From the NCBI RefSeq assembly GCF_964204645.1, contig NC_134033.1, positions 11,168,655 through 11,232,654 of the forward strand: a DNA stretch of 64,000 nt, given 5' to 3'. The DNA is from Tubulanus polymorphus. Lineage: Eukaryota; Animalia; Nemertea. Below the pieces are notes generated by a model. The model was not told the DNA's origin. It searched no databases and worked only from the letters and a program-made list of their open reading frames with translations. Positions 15,401 to 27,620 of this stretch are shown here, piece by piece (the first letter of the stretch is position 1; each line of letters starts with the position of its first letter). Position numbers and translations under genes: made by a program.

Positions 15401-18400
15401 GTTGTATTTACCTGAGCAGGAGGTGACATTAATGGGTTGTAATCGGTAATTAGTTCGTCTAGCTGTTCTAATTTACACATTTCGGTCGGTAGCACGCTGA
15501 TTCTATTACAAGAAAAATCCAGTTTACGTAATTTTAATTTACTGATTTCTGAAAAAGAAGAAACGAACAAACAAATGTAGAAATTGAATCTTCTTGAAAA
15601 AAAGTCATGGGTTCAACCAGTTCCAAACTGAGTCCAGCTTTATGGAAAAGTTTAACCCCTTATGAGCTGGCATGAGGTGGCAGCACAATCTAGCACTGAT
15701 ATCAGTTTTCCGACATTCATTTGACATGGTACCTTTGTGAAAATACTTTTCCCCAACATCAGTGGAATTCAGCGTGGAAAGAGTGGAACGAGTTTAAACG
15801 GTTGCTCAGACTAACAGACAGCTGTGTTGTAATTAACACTCACCTGGTGGAATTTCTACTAGTAAATTACGTCTAATATTGAGCACCTGCAGAGATCTAC
15901 AATCACCGATTTGAGAAGGAAGATGCGTGATTTCATTACAACTTACATCCTGAAATACCGTGAAATTAAATAATTTACAAATCTGCAGCTGCTCCCCGAG
16001 GTGCGGGGCCAAGTTCCACAGTTGTGAGTTCCAGTTAAAATCAGTTCATTTTCAATGTTTTTTCAATTTCAATTTTTAAACTCAGGAGTCAAATCTTCTT
16101 AACTCGGAACTGTGGAATTGGATCCAGGGTTTTAACTTCACACAATAGAGGGGGTGCCATTTCTCATTCACACACATTCCCCCCCCCCCCCCGGTAATCA
16201 TGACTATATTGATTCAGTATTGCATGGAGTAGGTAGCCGGGATAGAACATATTTTTGTATAGACCGAGACAGTTTTGATTTTTGAGCTGGAAATTTTCCC
16301 GTCTAGTTAATTGAGGTTAACATTGACTGATCGGATATTCCAGATGTTACGAACATTTCTGGGTCGTGACATATTTCAGTCAGTCGATCGGATGAAACAA
16401 TTGAACAATTTTTGCAACGTGAAAAATATCTGTTTGGGTGTAATTTTCAAGGGTTTCTTTTACACATTTTTTGGATGGTTTTTAATCTAGAAATGGAGAG
16501 GATTATCTACGTTTTGGTGTCAATTACAAACGCGCCACACATGACCGAAACGAAACAGGGGGTTTGCATTTGAAATCGGAAATCAAAGTACAAATTGAAG
16601 GGGCTGCATTCATTGTTTAGTGTATGACAACGTGGCTGCTGAAGTGGCAAGGCTTTCCATCCCCCCAAAAACATAGAAAATTTAAGCTTAATATTGGTGC
16701 TATCTTCTATTTTTCACATTAGGCATTGATAGAATATTGATATCCACTCTGGTAGGACCAAAGGATATTCTTAGGGGTGGCTGATTTTCAGAGGGGTGGA
16801 TTTAAAAAAATGAAATGGGTAGCCGCCCCCCCTAAAACCTGTTGTGGAGAACACTGGCAGTAAATAATAGGAAATTTCAGGAGTTTCAGAGCTGGGCATA
16901 GGTTGGTATAATACTATACTTACACATTCAGTCAGATTTTCTAAACGACTGATTTCTTCCGGTAATGAGACCAATTTATTATTGTTTATGAGTAGCACCT
17001 CTAATGATTGTAGTTGACACACGAATGGAGGGATATGAGATAGTTGATTACGACTGAAAAATAACAGCGATATTAGAATTTCAACTACTAACTTCCAGGT
17101 CGATAAACTAATATCAACTTAACCCAGGCAAGGGGGATTAACTTCATCCTCCCCCTGCAGGGATTCGAACCTGATGGCTTTGAGATTGCCACGGTACGAA
17201 AACCTGCCACACTACACCGAGTGCGCAGCTTAGATGATGTCATTATCAGCCAATCAGATATCCAGTTTTATTTTAGCCCAGGTTTTCCCATTTATAGTTC
17301 TTCCTTGAAATTTACCTCAGCGATTATACAACGAGCAATCTGATAGGTGCGCATGTACCTGCGCACCCGGTCTAGTGTGGCAGGGGTTTGGCCATGGCTG
17401 AGTGAAGCGATGCCATCAGGTTCAAATCCCTGCAGTGGGAGGATGGATTAACTTGGGAGCTAATCCCTAGGTCAATGTTAATACACCTAAACTTCATACG
17501 GTGCGGACGGTGAAGATTGATAAGTACGCTTACCTTAGATTTATGTAGGTAAGAGACTGTAGCGTTATCACAGCCTCGGGAATTATCCTTATCACATTGT
17601 TATAGCACGATAAGCGTTCCATCGAATGATAATCACATAATTCAAACGGAATTTCAGTCAAACGATTTTTCGATAAATCTGAAAAATATCGAAAAACAAA
17701 CGATAGTTACATATAGAGAACAATAAACGATATATCGTGAGGGGATCGTCAGGGTTTTTTGAGAGGATAAATTTGTGATGTCAAAGGGAAATTCTAAGGC
17801 AACATAAAATACTGGACCCAGTTCCACAGTTGTGAGTTAAGATTTAACTCTGAGTTAACTCATTGAAAATTAACTGATTTTAACTCAGAGTTAACTCTAA
17901 CTCACAACTGTGAACTGGATCCTGGACCCAGTTTCATAGACTGAGTATCGAAGTTATCCCTAGGGGTAAATCCTCCATCTGGAAACGAACACCGTAGTAA
18001 TGATGAGATACCATAACCGATGAATTTCAAAATGTTCCCAGGGATTAACTATGAAACGCAGCCCTGGGCCCAATTTCACGAAAAAGTTTAAGCCTAAAAC
18101 GGTTAAGTTTGAATTGTTGTCCTCATTGAAAACATGAAGTAACCAATGGCAATTACACCAAAAATTTGAGCTTAACTTTTTTGTGAAACCGAGCCAAGGA
18201 GTTCAACTTCATTCAAATGGGCTGTATTTAGATAAAACCGAAATTAGGATCGAGACACTGTCTGAAAAGAACACAATTTATACGACATTTTCTTCATTAG
18301 TAAAACATCTCCTAAAATAGACACATCGCCAATTATCAAACTATTAAGAAAACCGCCTCGGAGAGACGGTTACCCGTGGCAACAGATTTACATCGGTTAG

Positions 18401-21400
18401 GCGCGGCGCCGATAGTAGATACGGCTAAATTTATCATCAGCCATATTTACACATCCACTACTGCGTAAAATAACAGAATGGTCAAGAGTGGTCAGACTGG
18501 AGGAGGGGATATGTAAGCCCAGTGGAAAGAGACATAGAGATGGTAAAGCCCGACAATACAGTTTAAGAAAAATAAGTCTGAAACGTTTCCTCACGAGTTC
18601 ATAGCTTATTACGATGTTTCAACTAGGCCTATATATCAGTCATCTTCAGGAATAGTGAATGATAATAATGATAGATAAGGCTGATCAATTAAGTGAGCAA
18701 TTTGTATAAAGCACCTTTCCATATGCACAAAGCACTTCCTCCGGTGAGGACTTGTGCAACAGCCATGTTTTCATATATAGAGAGGGATAGAGGGTGGAGA
18801 GAAAACTGCTATTGAATATCAAATATAATACGTAGACCGCTGATAAAACCAACACGCGCACTTTTTATAGGTAGGATTAACTGTTGTCTTAAGTGAAAAG
18901 CAATATATATGCCATAACAGATGGAGTAAAGCCCGTGACAGAATTTCATGGGGAAATCGATTTTCACGCCGAATTTTGCAAACTGTGCAAGGAATGCGAT
19001 GCAAATTTTTCAAAATCGGCAACTGCTTCGCAAGAATGAAACGTTCCAGATATTATCACCTAATTTTAAAGTAGCAACTGCTAATATCAACTAGTTTATC
19101 ACGCGATGAATTCAGCAAAACATATATACTGATCGAAGTTAGTCAGTCGCAAGCTAAAGGGTTTCGCTTTTGTTGAAAATAATTATCTTTGAATACTGTC
19201 ATCAATGTCCAGGCCTAGATATTCACTTTATTTCAAGCGATGCTTTGAATACTGTCATCAATGTCCAGGCGTAGATATTCATAACGTATCTTATTTCGAG
19301 CGACGCTTTGAATACTGTCATCAATGTCCAGACCTAGATATTCATTTTATTTCGAGCGATGCTCATACAAAACAGGAAGTTATCAATATATCACTAGTCT
19401 GTGGTTCAATACATGATCAAAAATACTAATTTCTATAATAATCTATAATAATACTAATGATTTTATGAAAATACATGAAAAAGATCATTATACCGGTATA
19501 TTATAAGGCTTTCATAAATTTATAGTTTTTTTTTGTAATGTAAACGCCACATCTAGATGGCTGTAAAACGCGCTGAAGAGTGACATTTTCAGATATCAGA
19601 CATTAGATGGTTTGAGTAAAATGTCAATATCCCCTCGGGTGATATTTCGTCGTATAATTAAGATGAATATGAGCTTTCATGTGAAACCACTTCGACTATC
19701 ATTGCTAATGTTTGAATACTGAATATCAGCACAGCACAACCACCGAGATTCTAACACCTTAATTCTTCGAACTATTAACATAATTCACAAAACGAAACCT
19801 TCTCATTCTCAATGACTTCAAAAATTCAGTAAAATTATCAAAATTATTTGATAAAAATGATGAATTGATTCTCAAAGCTTAAAAAATTTCCAAGTCGTTG
19901 AGAATGAGGTGGTTTTCATCTTAGATATGAAAAAAAAATATTCTTAAGCCCGATTAGATTTATGGAAGTTTTTTTACTAGAAAAATGTGTGTGAGAAATG
20001 TTGTTTCTAACTAATAGACGTTGTATAAACCGGATCAGTTTGGGATCGATGAAATTCATCCGGTTTACGAAAAACTCAAATTAATCATCATATTTCGGAT
20101 TAATTACTGTAGGCCCCCTATAGATGGATTGTAAATACTACTCGGATTAAGTGGGTTTAAATGTAGCTAATATTCATGGTTCACTAATGGTTCCTAATAA
20201 TGGGTTCATTTATCATTCAAATCAATCACAGACATCATCAATAAATGGTCGAGAGCCAGTGGAATGAGTTACACTAGGCCTATTAATAAATGAGCTACGG
20301 ACAAAATACAGCATTTTCTTTGTTTGCAGAACTTTGTAAAATCAGTACGGAGTACCGAATACTCAGTGTAAACTGTTCATAGTTTATCTATTCACAAACT
20401 TCTCAACATATAAACTATACTAAACTATACACACCAACTCATCGTTTAATCAGTAACTAGTGCATTTTATCAAAAATAAATAAAGAGGAAGTCGAAAAGA
20501 ACACTTTTTCATTTAAGCTTTATACAAAACTTGCTGTTTCAATTAATACAAAACAAACATCAACCCTTAGTTCAGAATCTTCTGGTTCAATTGATACCAA
20601 TACTACGCATGTAGCTATTCGGACAATGAAACAATAGCCTATTGAAAAACCCCAGTTTTTCAGGAAATAAGTTGTACATTTTAGGTTTAGTACATTATCA
20701 ACTAAAACATTGCTTTCAGTTTCATTCACCACCTTAGATTGTAAACATAGAAGTCATCGGTGCGAAGAGCGGCGCATAGTTGAAAATTGACTGGAAAAAG
20801 CTTCGATATCATCATTTTATGTGCAGGCAGTGATTGTCTGACCAGGGTAAACGATGTCATAGGTGGTACGGTAACACCTCAGGCTGAACCACCTGATAAT
20901 AGTCTGGAATGAGTAATTGAAAGTCAAGTCATACGCGAGTGCCGACAAAATGGCTACAGGACAAATTTTTAAAAATATGTCCATAACAGTTCACCTGCCC
21001 GGTAGCCAGACCCCCATCTTGGAACCAGCTTGAGTGAAATACGTAGCATCCAGTTTTTCAGATGTCTGTCACTTCAATAATTTGAAATAGATTCTCCATG
21101 AGACGGTTTAACCTTGACATTACTCAGATATACATTTCATGCCTTATATCCACAGCTGGGTAAAATCGCTTCAGACAATCCGCAGTAAAACAACATGATT
21201 CAGAAACTAAATCAAGTGTGAAGAGAGAGAGAGGAGGGGGAGATAGGGAGGGGGAGAGGGGAGAGAAGGGGAGATGAGAAGGGAGAGAGGGGGAGGGGAG
21301 AGAGGGAGAGTGGAGAGAAGAAGGGAAGAGAGATGAGAAGGGGGAGAGGGAGAGGGAGGGAGGAAGAGAGGGAGGGAGATACAAAATTCGAAATGCAGTA

Positions 21401-24400
21401 AACCTCGCCCAACTCAGATTTGAAAACGATTTCGAAGAAAAATGAAAACCATCATCAGACATCCGGGGGGGGGGGGGGGTATCTGAGTAAGGTAAGAGTC
21501 CACTGTATCTAACGTGACATTTCATAGACGAATTACAAGCTCAGGTTGTGTTTCCTATATCATGAAGTCTCTTCCTGCTTTCCCTCTCTCACTCCTCAAC
21601 AGACTTCAGCGATGATTAAAAAAAAAAAAATATTTTCCAGAAGTCGATCAACAAGTTTTCAGCCAACATCAACGAAACTAAACAGAAACGAGAAACTCTG
21701 ATGGTGGAGAAACTCTGATGGTGGAGAGACTCTGATGGTGGAGAGACTCTGATGGTGGAGAGACTCTGATGGTGGAAAGACTCTTATGGTGGAGAGACTC
21801 TGATGGTGGAGAGACTCTGATGGTGGAGAGACTCTGATGATGGAGGGACTCTGATGGTGGAGAGACTCTGATGGTGGAGAGACTCTGATGATGGTGGAGA
21901 GACTCTGATGATGGTGGAGAGACTCTGATGATGGTGGAGAGACTCTGATGATGGTGGATAGACTCTGATGATGGTGGAGCGACTCTGATGATGGAGAGAC
22001 TCTGATGGTGGAGAGACTGTGATGGTTGAAAGACTCTGATGGTGGAAAGACTCTAATGGTGGAGAGACTCTGATGGTGGAGAGACTCTGATGGTGGAGAG
22101 ACTCTGATGCTGAATATGAACACGTGTAAACAGAGCTAACGTTTTTTAAAGCACTCAACGTTGAAACCTCATTTCCTCCTCTGGTATATAAAATCATGTT
22201 ACGTGGTAAAAACTTATAACCGAGCTGGAAACAAACAGATCGCTAATGTCAACACGAATATATTACCAATCACAGCCATTTGACCCATTTTTAGAAAAAT
22301 ATCACCACTAAAACCTAGTGCACATTACAGGGGTGCATCTAGACACCAATTTAGAGGGTCTCATCGCACATCAATGACAGGAACCCACTATATACCGCCA
22401 ATGTTTTTCTTACATTCCTTGTGGAATCTTTCCACCCATCTTCAAAGATGGGTGGAAGGATTCTGCCCAAGACAATAACAGGTGTCTAAATTGATAATGT
22501 GGGATTTTCTTTCACCGACTGTGACCAGTCTTAACTGTTTACAAACTAATCACATCTCAAAAGGGCACTTTGATACGTGCAAAAAGGCAATATTATGGGG
22601 TACCCGCTGAGGGGCTAATTCTAAAGAACTTATCACATCTCAAAACAGCACTTTATATCCAAAATGGCAACACTATGTTTCAGTATCGGACTGTACGTAT
22701 TAGCCGCGATGACGCGAGCATTTTTAGCCTGGGCCAAATCGTCTCCGTGTGATCGCGGCTATTATGTACAGTCCGATACTGAAATGCACGAATTATCTGA
22801 GTTATCAAAATGAAAAATGCCACTAAATACTACTAAGTGTCAAAAGTGCACCTGGATCCGCCCTTGTATAGCAAGACCCAAAACAGGAATGCTTTATCGG
22901 CTGGTTCTGCGGTGAAAAAACAAGAAACACAGTTTCCCAGAACCAATGTTTGACACTTGTCTCGAAACCAGCCAGAAAAGCCAGTCCGTATCGGGGCGTT
23001 ATCTGTCAGCCGCTGTTGTCAACTACCACGCATAAAAATCACAATAACCTCAATTTTAACCACGTTATTACCGTCATTCACGTCACGCAACTAATTAACT
23101 CAAACGACCTTTAATTAATAACGATCTGATAACGAGGTAATTACGTGAAGCCATTAACACGGTTTTTAGGCTCGTCGCTGAGCTTAACTCCGAAGAGAAC
23201 AACAGATCGTTAAACCAAGCAAAACACAAACGCTTTTTGCTAATAGGTTTCTTTTCTCCTCTAAATACGTATCATAACCCGTATCAATAACAGGTCACAG
23301 AATTATTTATTATATTCACGTGGAAAAGTAAATTAGATTTTGCACAATAAACGATTGCAAAGTTAAATTCGGAGATTTAATGTTAGGCACTGATAGTTTC
23401 CCTTCTCATTTTCAGATATAATTCTGCTCCAAAGTTGGATTTGACAATCCCGCAAATTCATAGCATCTTCACGGTCCAAATATCACCTCCTTATTACAGG
23501 TCGCGGTCGCTGTATAGCCTACATTCGACAGTCTCACATTATCATCGCCGTCTATAATCCCGATTTTACTGGCAGCGTGCTCAATCTCTGCCCTAACGAG
23601 CCCTAAAATCTGTTATTTCTCTTCCTACGTAGAGATTTCATCAACAAGAGCATGAGCGCGCGTAGACGAACCAGCAAGTTGAGCAATTATTCAAATGAAC
23701 GTGAAATTGATTTTGATTACATCGCAGCAGCAGCAGCGAGCGATGAATCGATATTTACTGAATGTTTACTGAATGTCTCAATGACCACTCTACTTCCACC
23801 ATATATTCACAAACAGCATCTTCAACTTACAGCGAGATTAATTACAATTTGAATCCAGTATTACAGCCTCACTCTGTCACGGAGTCCCTACAGATCAGTC
23901 ATTCCCGAGTGAGGGGAGTTTTCAACGAGTTTTAAAGGAAAAAATTTCTATTTCAAGGAAGTTTCTGGATCACTTTTATCCTTTTATTACTAAAGATTCC
24001 TCCTAAATCGATACCGTTTATCTATTAAATAGATTAAACCATTAAATAGTTTAGAAAGCGAATTGCTACCTAAACTCGGGTTCTAATTCTCGGTTTAACC
24101 GCCTAATTGGGGAACAAAAATATCCAGCTTCCAACTGTAGACATCCTGTAAGTCTAAGACTAACACTGTATATGTCGCTATCAATGGGTTTTAAGCTCTC
24201 AAGTCACTGCAATATATTTGATTCAAAAATAAGCAGTTGATTTCCTATCAGTTTTTATTCCAGATCAATGAATCGTATTTTTATGTAGGGAGGAATGAAT
24301 CTTCGTGATTGCTTCCCGACCTGACGGCGGGCGGACGTGTGTACGAGATGAGTCACTAACGTACAACATCATCTTCTACAAAACATTTCACAGTTTTTAT

Positions 24401-26450
24401 TCCTCATCTCTGTCTCGGTGAAAAGGGCGCTGACCCTTCTGGCCACCATCCCCCACCCCCCTAGACTATCCTGAATGATGAATAAAAACCCCAATGTCGT
24501 ATGACAAGGAATTTAATATTCAAATCCGATCTGTCAAAACCACAACTAACTAAATACAGTCAGTTCACCATATAAGGATAAATGCGCTGGTTTTATGGGC
24601 CATACTGATAGTACTCTTAACTGAAAAGTTGTTCATTCATAAATTCCAGCTACGAGATATATATATACGTACAATGTACTCGTGTAGGAGTTGGGACTAT
24701 AGATTAATCACAATCTGTGACAATAAACCACACACTCACTCACTCTATCCAGGAATTCTCAATAGCCTGTCTGAGACTCTTATAGTATCAAAAACATCAA
24801 CGGTTTTTACAGATCGAGGAATCCAAAACTCTTGGATATTCCCCCACCCCCCAGACTGACTTTTCTCTGACCTTCACCCAAAAATTCACCGATTTAATTT
24901 CAAAATATGTATATCTGCTCAGAGGTTCCTGATTATGCCAATTGTAACCGGAAAGAACCACTGAAATTCAAATTCACTGATTTCTTAGAAAGGAGTCATA
25001 ATTCCCGTTTTAAGCAGAGAAAACTAATCTGGAATTCGCCAATTCTTGCAAGATCCTAAAATGTTCTAAACCCAATGTGCAACAGGACTGCGTATATATA
25101 GCTCGTATAGCTTGATGTAAAGTGTTATAATACGGCGTTTACAAATAGTTTGCGTTTAACAAGTGATTATTTAGTAAACAGAATAAAACACAGTAATAAA
25201 ACATCACGAAGAACATGAGACCCGAAAATCATAAATTATGACATTCCTTTCACTGGTGCAACAACAAAATACGATCTATTTCAAATGTCAATGTAATAAA
25301 ACCAACAAATACTAGACTAGACCCAATCAGGGACGTGCACATACGGGATTAGCTTCCAGTACTAAACCTGGTTTAGACTAGACCCAATCAGGGACATGCA
25401 CATACGGGATTAGCTTCCAGTACTAAACCTGGTTTAGACTGGACTCAATCAGGGACATGCACGTACGGGATTAGCTTCCAGTACTAAACCTGGTTTAGAC
25501 TGGACTCAATCAGGGACATGCACGTACGGGATTAGCTTCCAGTACTAAACCTGGTTTAGACTGGACCCAATCAGGGACATGCACATACGGGATTAGCTTC
25601 CAGTAGAAAATGTTTTTTAACTCTTAAACTGAAACTGATTTAATTTCTTCATTTATCTAGATTTTCTTCAGTTTAGAAGTGTTTCATTGGAACCAGGCCC
25701 TTGAGTCAGTTACGGGCCCTTGTGTCAGTTCTGGGCCCTTGTGTCAGTTCCGGGCCTTGTGTCGGTTCCGGGCTTTTGAGTCAGTTCCGGGCCCTTGTGT
25801 CGGTTCCGGGCCCTTGTGTCAGTTCCGGGCCCTTGTTCACTGGTCAATTACATCTTGGGCGGACAAGGAGCATAGCAGCCATCAATTTAGCCAATCAGAT
25901 GCGTTTTTGCTCAGAATTCAGCGTGCTTCAATAATCTCAACACTAGAAAAGTTCAGAAGTTTTCGCGACAGGCTGAGCATCGAGCATGTTGTTGTTGTTG
26001 TTGGGGATACACAGACTCAGAGAGAGGAGGGGACGTCCGCACAACAACAAGTTCAAGTCAAACCTGCTCTAGCAGCAGCCCCCCCTCAGGTTCAGCTATT
26101 GCTTTTCAAAAAATATATCTATATAATTACACCCTTTAACAAAATTCTGATGACACCCTTGGTGGGTGCTAATTTCTCTCGAAATGTCAGACTGTATTCA
26201 TGCCCTGGCAAGTGACTTGGAGGAGTCTGGATGCCGATGATGGAGAGCGAGAGGGTTGTTGGGAATGTTTAAACTCACCGGTAATCCTCGTATCTTCCAA
26301 TCCATACTTTTTTGCGAGTTTTGGATATTCCTTCAGATTACGCGCAGTTAGATTCACCTCACCGGTGTGCTGTGCCTCGTCCAGTAAACTGTCTATAGTC
26401 CGGTGAAAGTTGGTCGGGCTAGTTTGACCGCTTCGATAAGCGGCCGCCAT
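441..26450 (-). CDS. LRCH: Leucine-rich repeat and calponin homology domain protein (LRCH family), multi-exon, 3' end probably outside the window
   Basis: Phase-consistent exons: 26279-26450 (MAAAYRSG...LTARNLKEYP), 17534-17678 (DLSKNRLTEIP), 16924-17053, 15844-15949, 15412-15548 (LDFSCNRISVLP...NPLMSPPAQ), 13807-13940 (ICTKGRVHIMKYL), 12861-12984 (DSGY), 12123-12464, 11505-11683 (coiled coil), 6454-6594. Less certain exons near 10660-10718, 10080-10124, 8753-8840, 8255-8600, 5810-5902, 5038-5082. Then ~4059-4191 (HIKPRS), ~3874-3986 (PNFTIRR), CH domain ~3502-3637 (IEARLKVSLPEDLPSALKDGVVLCHLANHIRPRSVSSIHVPSPAV) and 441-518 (PNLSMAKCRRNVENFLEACRKIGVDK). Confidence 0.93.
1371..2959 (+). CDS. 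Secreted phospholipase A2 (group I/II/X-like fold), 4 exons, nested antisense in an LRCH intron
   Basis: Exons 1371-1416, 1523-1664, 2038-2171, 2835-2959 with canonical GT/AG and matching phases. Translation: MNRLKILLVLFLVVA-DFRESSQ-NIIQFAMMVYHASRMTYSDLIGYGNWCGSGGSGAQVDQIDSCCYAHDRCWDNLLAAGGECKNKSLLALFWLTYSWKCKSDGQIECRNSFWGSASTKRCKKALCECDRIAADCFRASKHVYNGSNKD. Has a signal peptide, Ca-binding loop YGNWCGxGG, catalytic CCxxHDxC and CECDxxAAxCF. Confidence 0.93.
2217..2500. mobile_element. piggyBac-type MITE in sPLA2 intron 3
   Basis: TTAA on both sides (2213-2216, 2501-2504); TIR cccttccagtgc / gcactgaaaggg; no ORF. Confidence 0.8.
2604..2686 (-). mobile_element. Single arm of the tRNA-like-headed dispersed repeat
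   Basis: Matches the arms at 17370-17450 and 63418-63500; minus strand reads ggtctagtatgg...ggttcgaatccc (A/B-box-like). Confidence 0.6.
3318..3481. repeat. Minisatellite, ~26-bp unit, ~6 copies
   Basis: Unit agcaaggaatcaacactagcccattc. Confidence 0.9.
6700..7735. repeat. Minisatellite, 71-72-bp unit, ~14.5 copies
   Basis: Unit tctccctggtgagagaagtgataatgatattataacccctagcctatatctgtaactgtgtatcagtcatc, no spacers. Confidence 0.97.
11217..11355. mobile_element. PIF/Harbinger-like MITE (family copy at 54564-54701)
   Basis: TIR gggccggttgcatag / ctgtgcaactggccc, flanked by CTG on both sides; internal taagacc repeats; a decayed copy lies immediately upstream (~11045-11173). Confidence 0.75.
13432..13820. 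repeat. Minisatellite, ~48-bp unit, 8 copies, overlapping an LRCH exon end
   Basis: Unit gagctgccacctggtggcgggtatgtagatacttacacggtgtgtacg; the last unit contains the donor of exon 13807-13940. Confidence 0.95.
17146..17450. mobile_element. Dispersed repeat with two outward-facing tRNA/SINE-like arms
   Basis: Inverted arms, each with ggt(c/g)tagtgtgg...ggttc(g/a)aatccc; full inverted copy at 63418-63748. Confidence 0.7.
17815..18195. mobile_element. Stack of three different Harbinger-like MITEs
   Basis: 17815-17921, 17925-18063 and 18067-18195, each with g(a/g)ccca(g/a)tt-type TIRs, separated by single CTG trinucleotides. Confidence 0.7.
19186..19362. repeat. Tandem triplication of a ~60-bp unit
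   Basis: ctttgaatactgtcatcaatgtccagg...gatattca occurs three times. Confidence 0.85.
21221..21380. repeat. Polypurine (G/A) low-complexity tract
   Basis: Almost exclusively G and A over ~160 bp. Confidence 0.9.
21693..22110. repeat. Minisatellite, 17/20-bp unit, >20 copies
   Basis: Unit ggagagactctgat(gat)ggt; explains the spurious SESLHHQ-repeat ORFs. Confidence 0.95.
25312..25605. repeat. Minisatellite, 61-bp unit, ~5 copies
   Basis: Unit ggacccaatcagggacatgcacatacgggattagcttccagtactaaacctggtttagact. Confidence 0.93.
25693..25836. repeat. Minisatellite, ~19-bp unit, ~7 copies
   Basis: Unit ccgggcccttgtgtcagtt. Confidence 0.9.
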
Positions 26451-27356
26451 TTTAACACTCTACAGATGACACACACAGCGCGCCTGCGCCTCCATACATC
26501 ACTCACTTACCGCAGGTAGATCCATGGGCGGCACCTAGTAATTTCGGGACTCGAACCGTACGAGGTTTTAACAAGGCTAGGGTTAGGGTTAAAGGACTGG
26601 TCTCGAAATTTATATAGACTGGTCGCTGGCAGGCCGGTAGCTTCAGAATGTAGAACAGGCAACCAGTCTATAAGAACGGGTAGATCCGAACCAGGGGTCG
26701 ATTTAGGAGGTAGGAGGGATGGGCTTCCGAACTGTCTTCAGCGAGGTTTTCGACAAAAAGACAGCTAGATCGATAAGGAACATAATTTCGTATAATTCCG
26801 ACTACAACTCAAAAGGATTAGTCGATTTCGAAACTGGACTATCGGGCGGCTAGAATTTCATGAAAAATTCCGAAGTTGACAACCTTAGTTAAAAAAATGT
26901 TTAGTTTTTTCCAAAAGTCTCTACATAAGTGTCGTTCACTTTTACGGTACCGGTACTTAATTTCCATTAATCAGCAGACTACAGAACCCCTCGTAACTAC
27001 CGTGTGGTGGACAACTTCTGAAAATTCTTTCGGTTCATGTCTAACAGCGGAACCTCGTGATACAAGTGGTTCGGGGGTAGGCCTATATAACTGGGCTGGG
27101 ATTGATTTATCGGCAACAATTAATTTCCCGTAGAATTCCCAGTGTTGAAGGTTCTGACAATCCATTAGTTCTTAAGGATATTTCAAATCCGAACGTACAC
27201 ACGATCAAGGCTGACGTAAAATGATGATTTTTATTATAATTTCATGACGGTTAAATGTTTAAGATAGATTGCAAGAAGAAAACCTTTAGCTTGTCTTAAA
27301 AAAGATGAAAAATTATAAAATATACAAATGTATAGGGCCTACATACATACATAATA

Positions 27357-27505
27357 CAGTAAACCTCGTCTAACTGGGGCTAACACTGATGTCCGAGTTT
27401 AAGATAGGAAAGTACTACCTAGATATCAGAAAAATGATCTCGTTTTTGTCCGAGTAAATTTGGAGTCAGAGTTTTCACCATGTCCGAGAAAGGCGAGATT
27501 TACTG
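27357..27505. mobile_element. Tc1/mariner-pogo-like MITE (second copy ~38186-38356)
   Basis: ta|cagtaaacctcgtct ... aggcgagatttactg termini. Confidence 0.55.
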
Positions 27506-27620
27506 TTTATTAAGTATTGTCGAGATATGAGGCCGAGGAATTCTGGAGACTTTTGTTGTTTTATATAAACTATAGATAAAATATAAAGTGAATTGTAATA
27601 TAATTATTTCGCCGATGTAT

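Noticed and set aside
17370-17450. Genuine tRNA genes
   Set aside because: A/B boxes are present but I could not build a convincing cloverleaf, and the arms sit in a dispersed repeat; treated as SINE-like.
21124-21525. Pro/Ser/Leu-rich ORFs
   Set aside because: Derived from a polypurine tract.
21659-22197. His/Ser-rich ORFs (SESLHHQ repeats)
   Set aside because: Translation artefacts of a 17/20-bp minisatellite.
25679-26215. 178-aa plus-strand ORF near the LRCH start
   Set aside because: Begins in a 19-bp minisatellite, non-ATG start, no recognisable domain.
26575-26592. Telomeric TTAGGG-like repeats
   Set aside because: Only about two units; too short to call an interstitial telomere.
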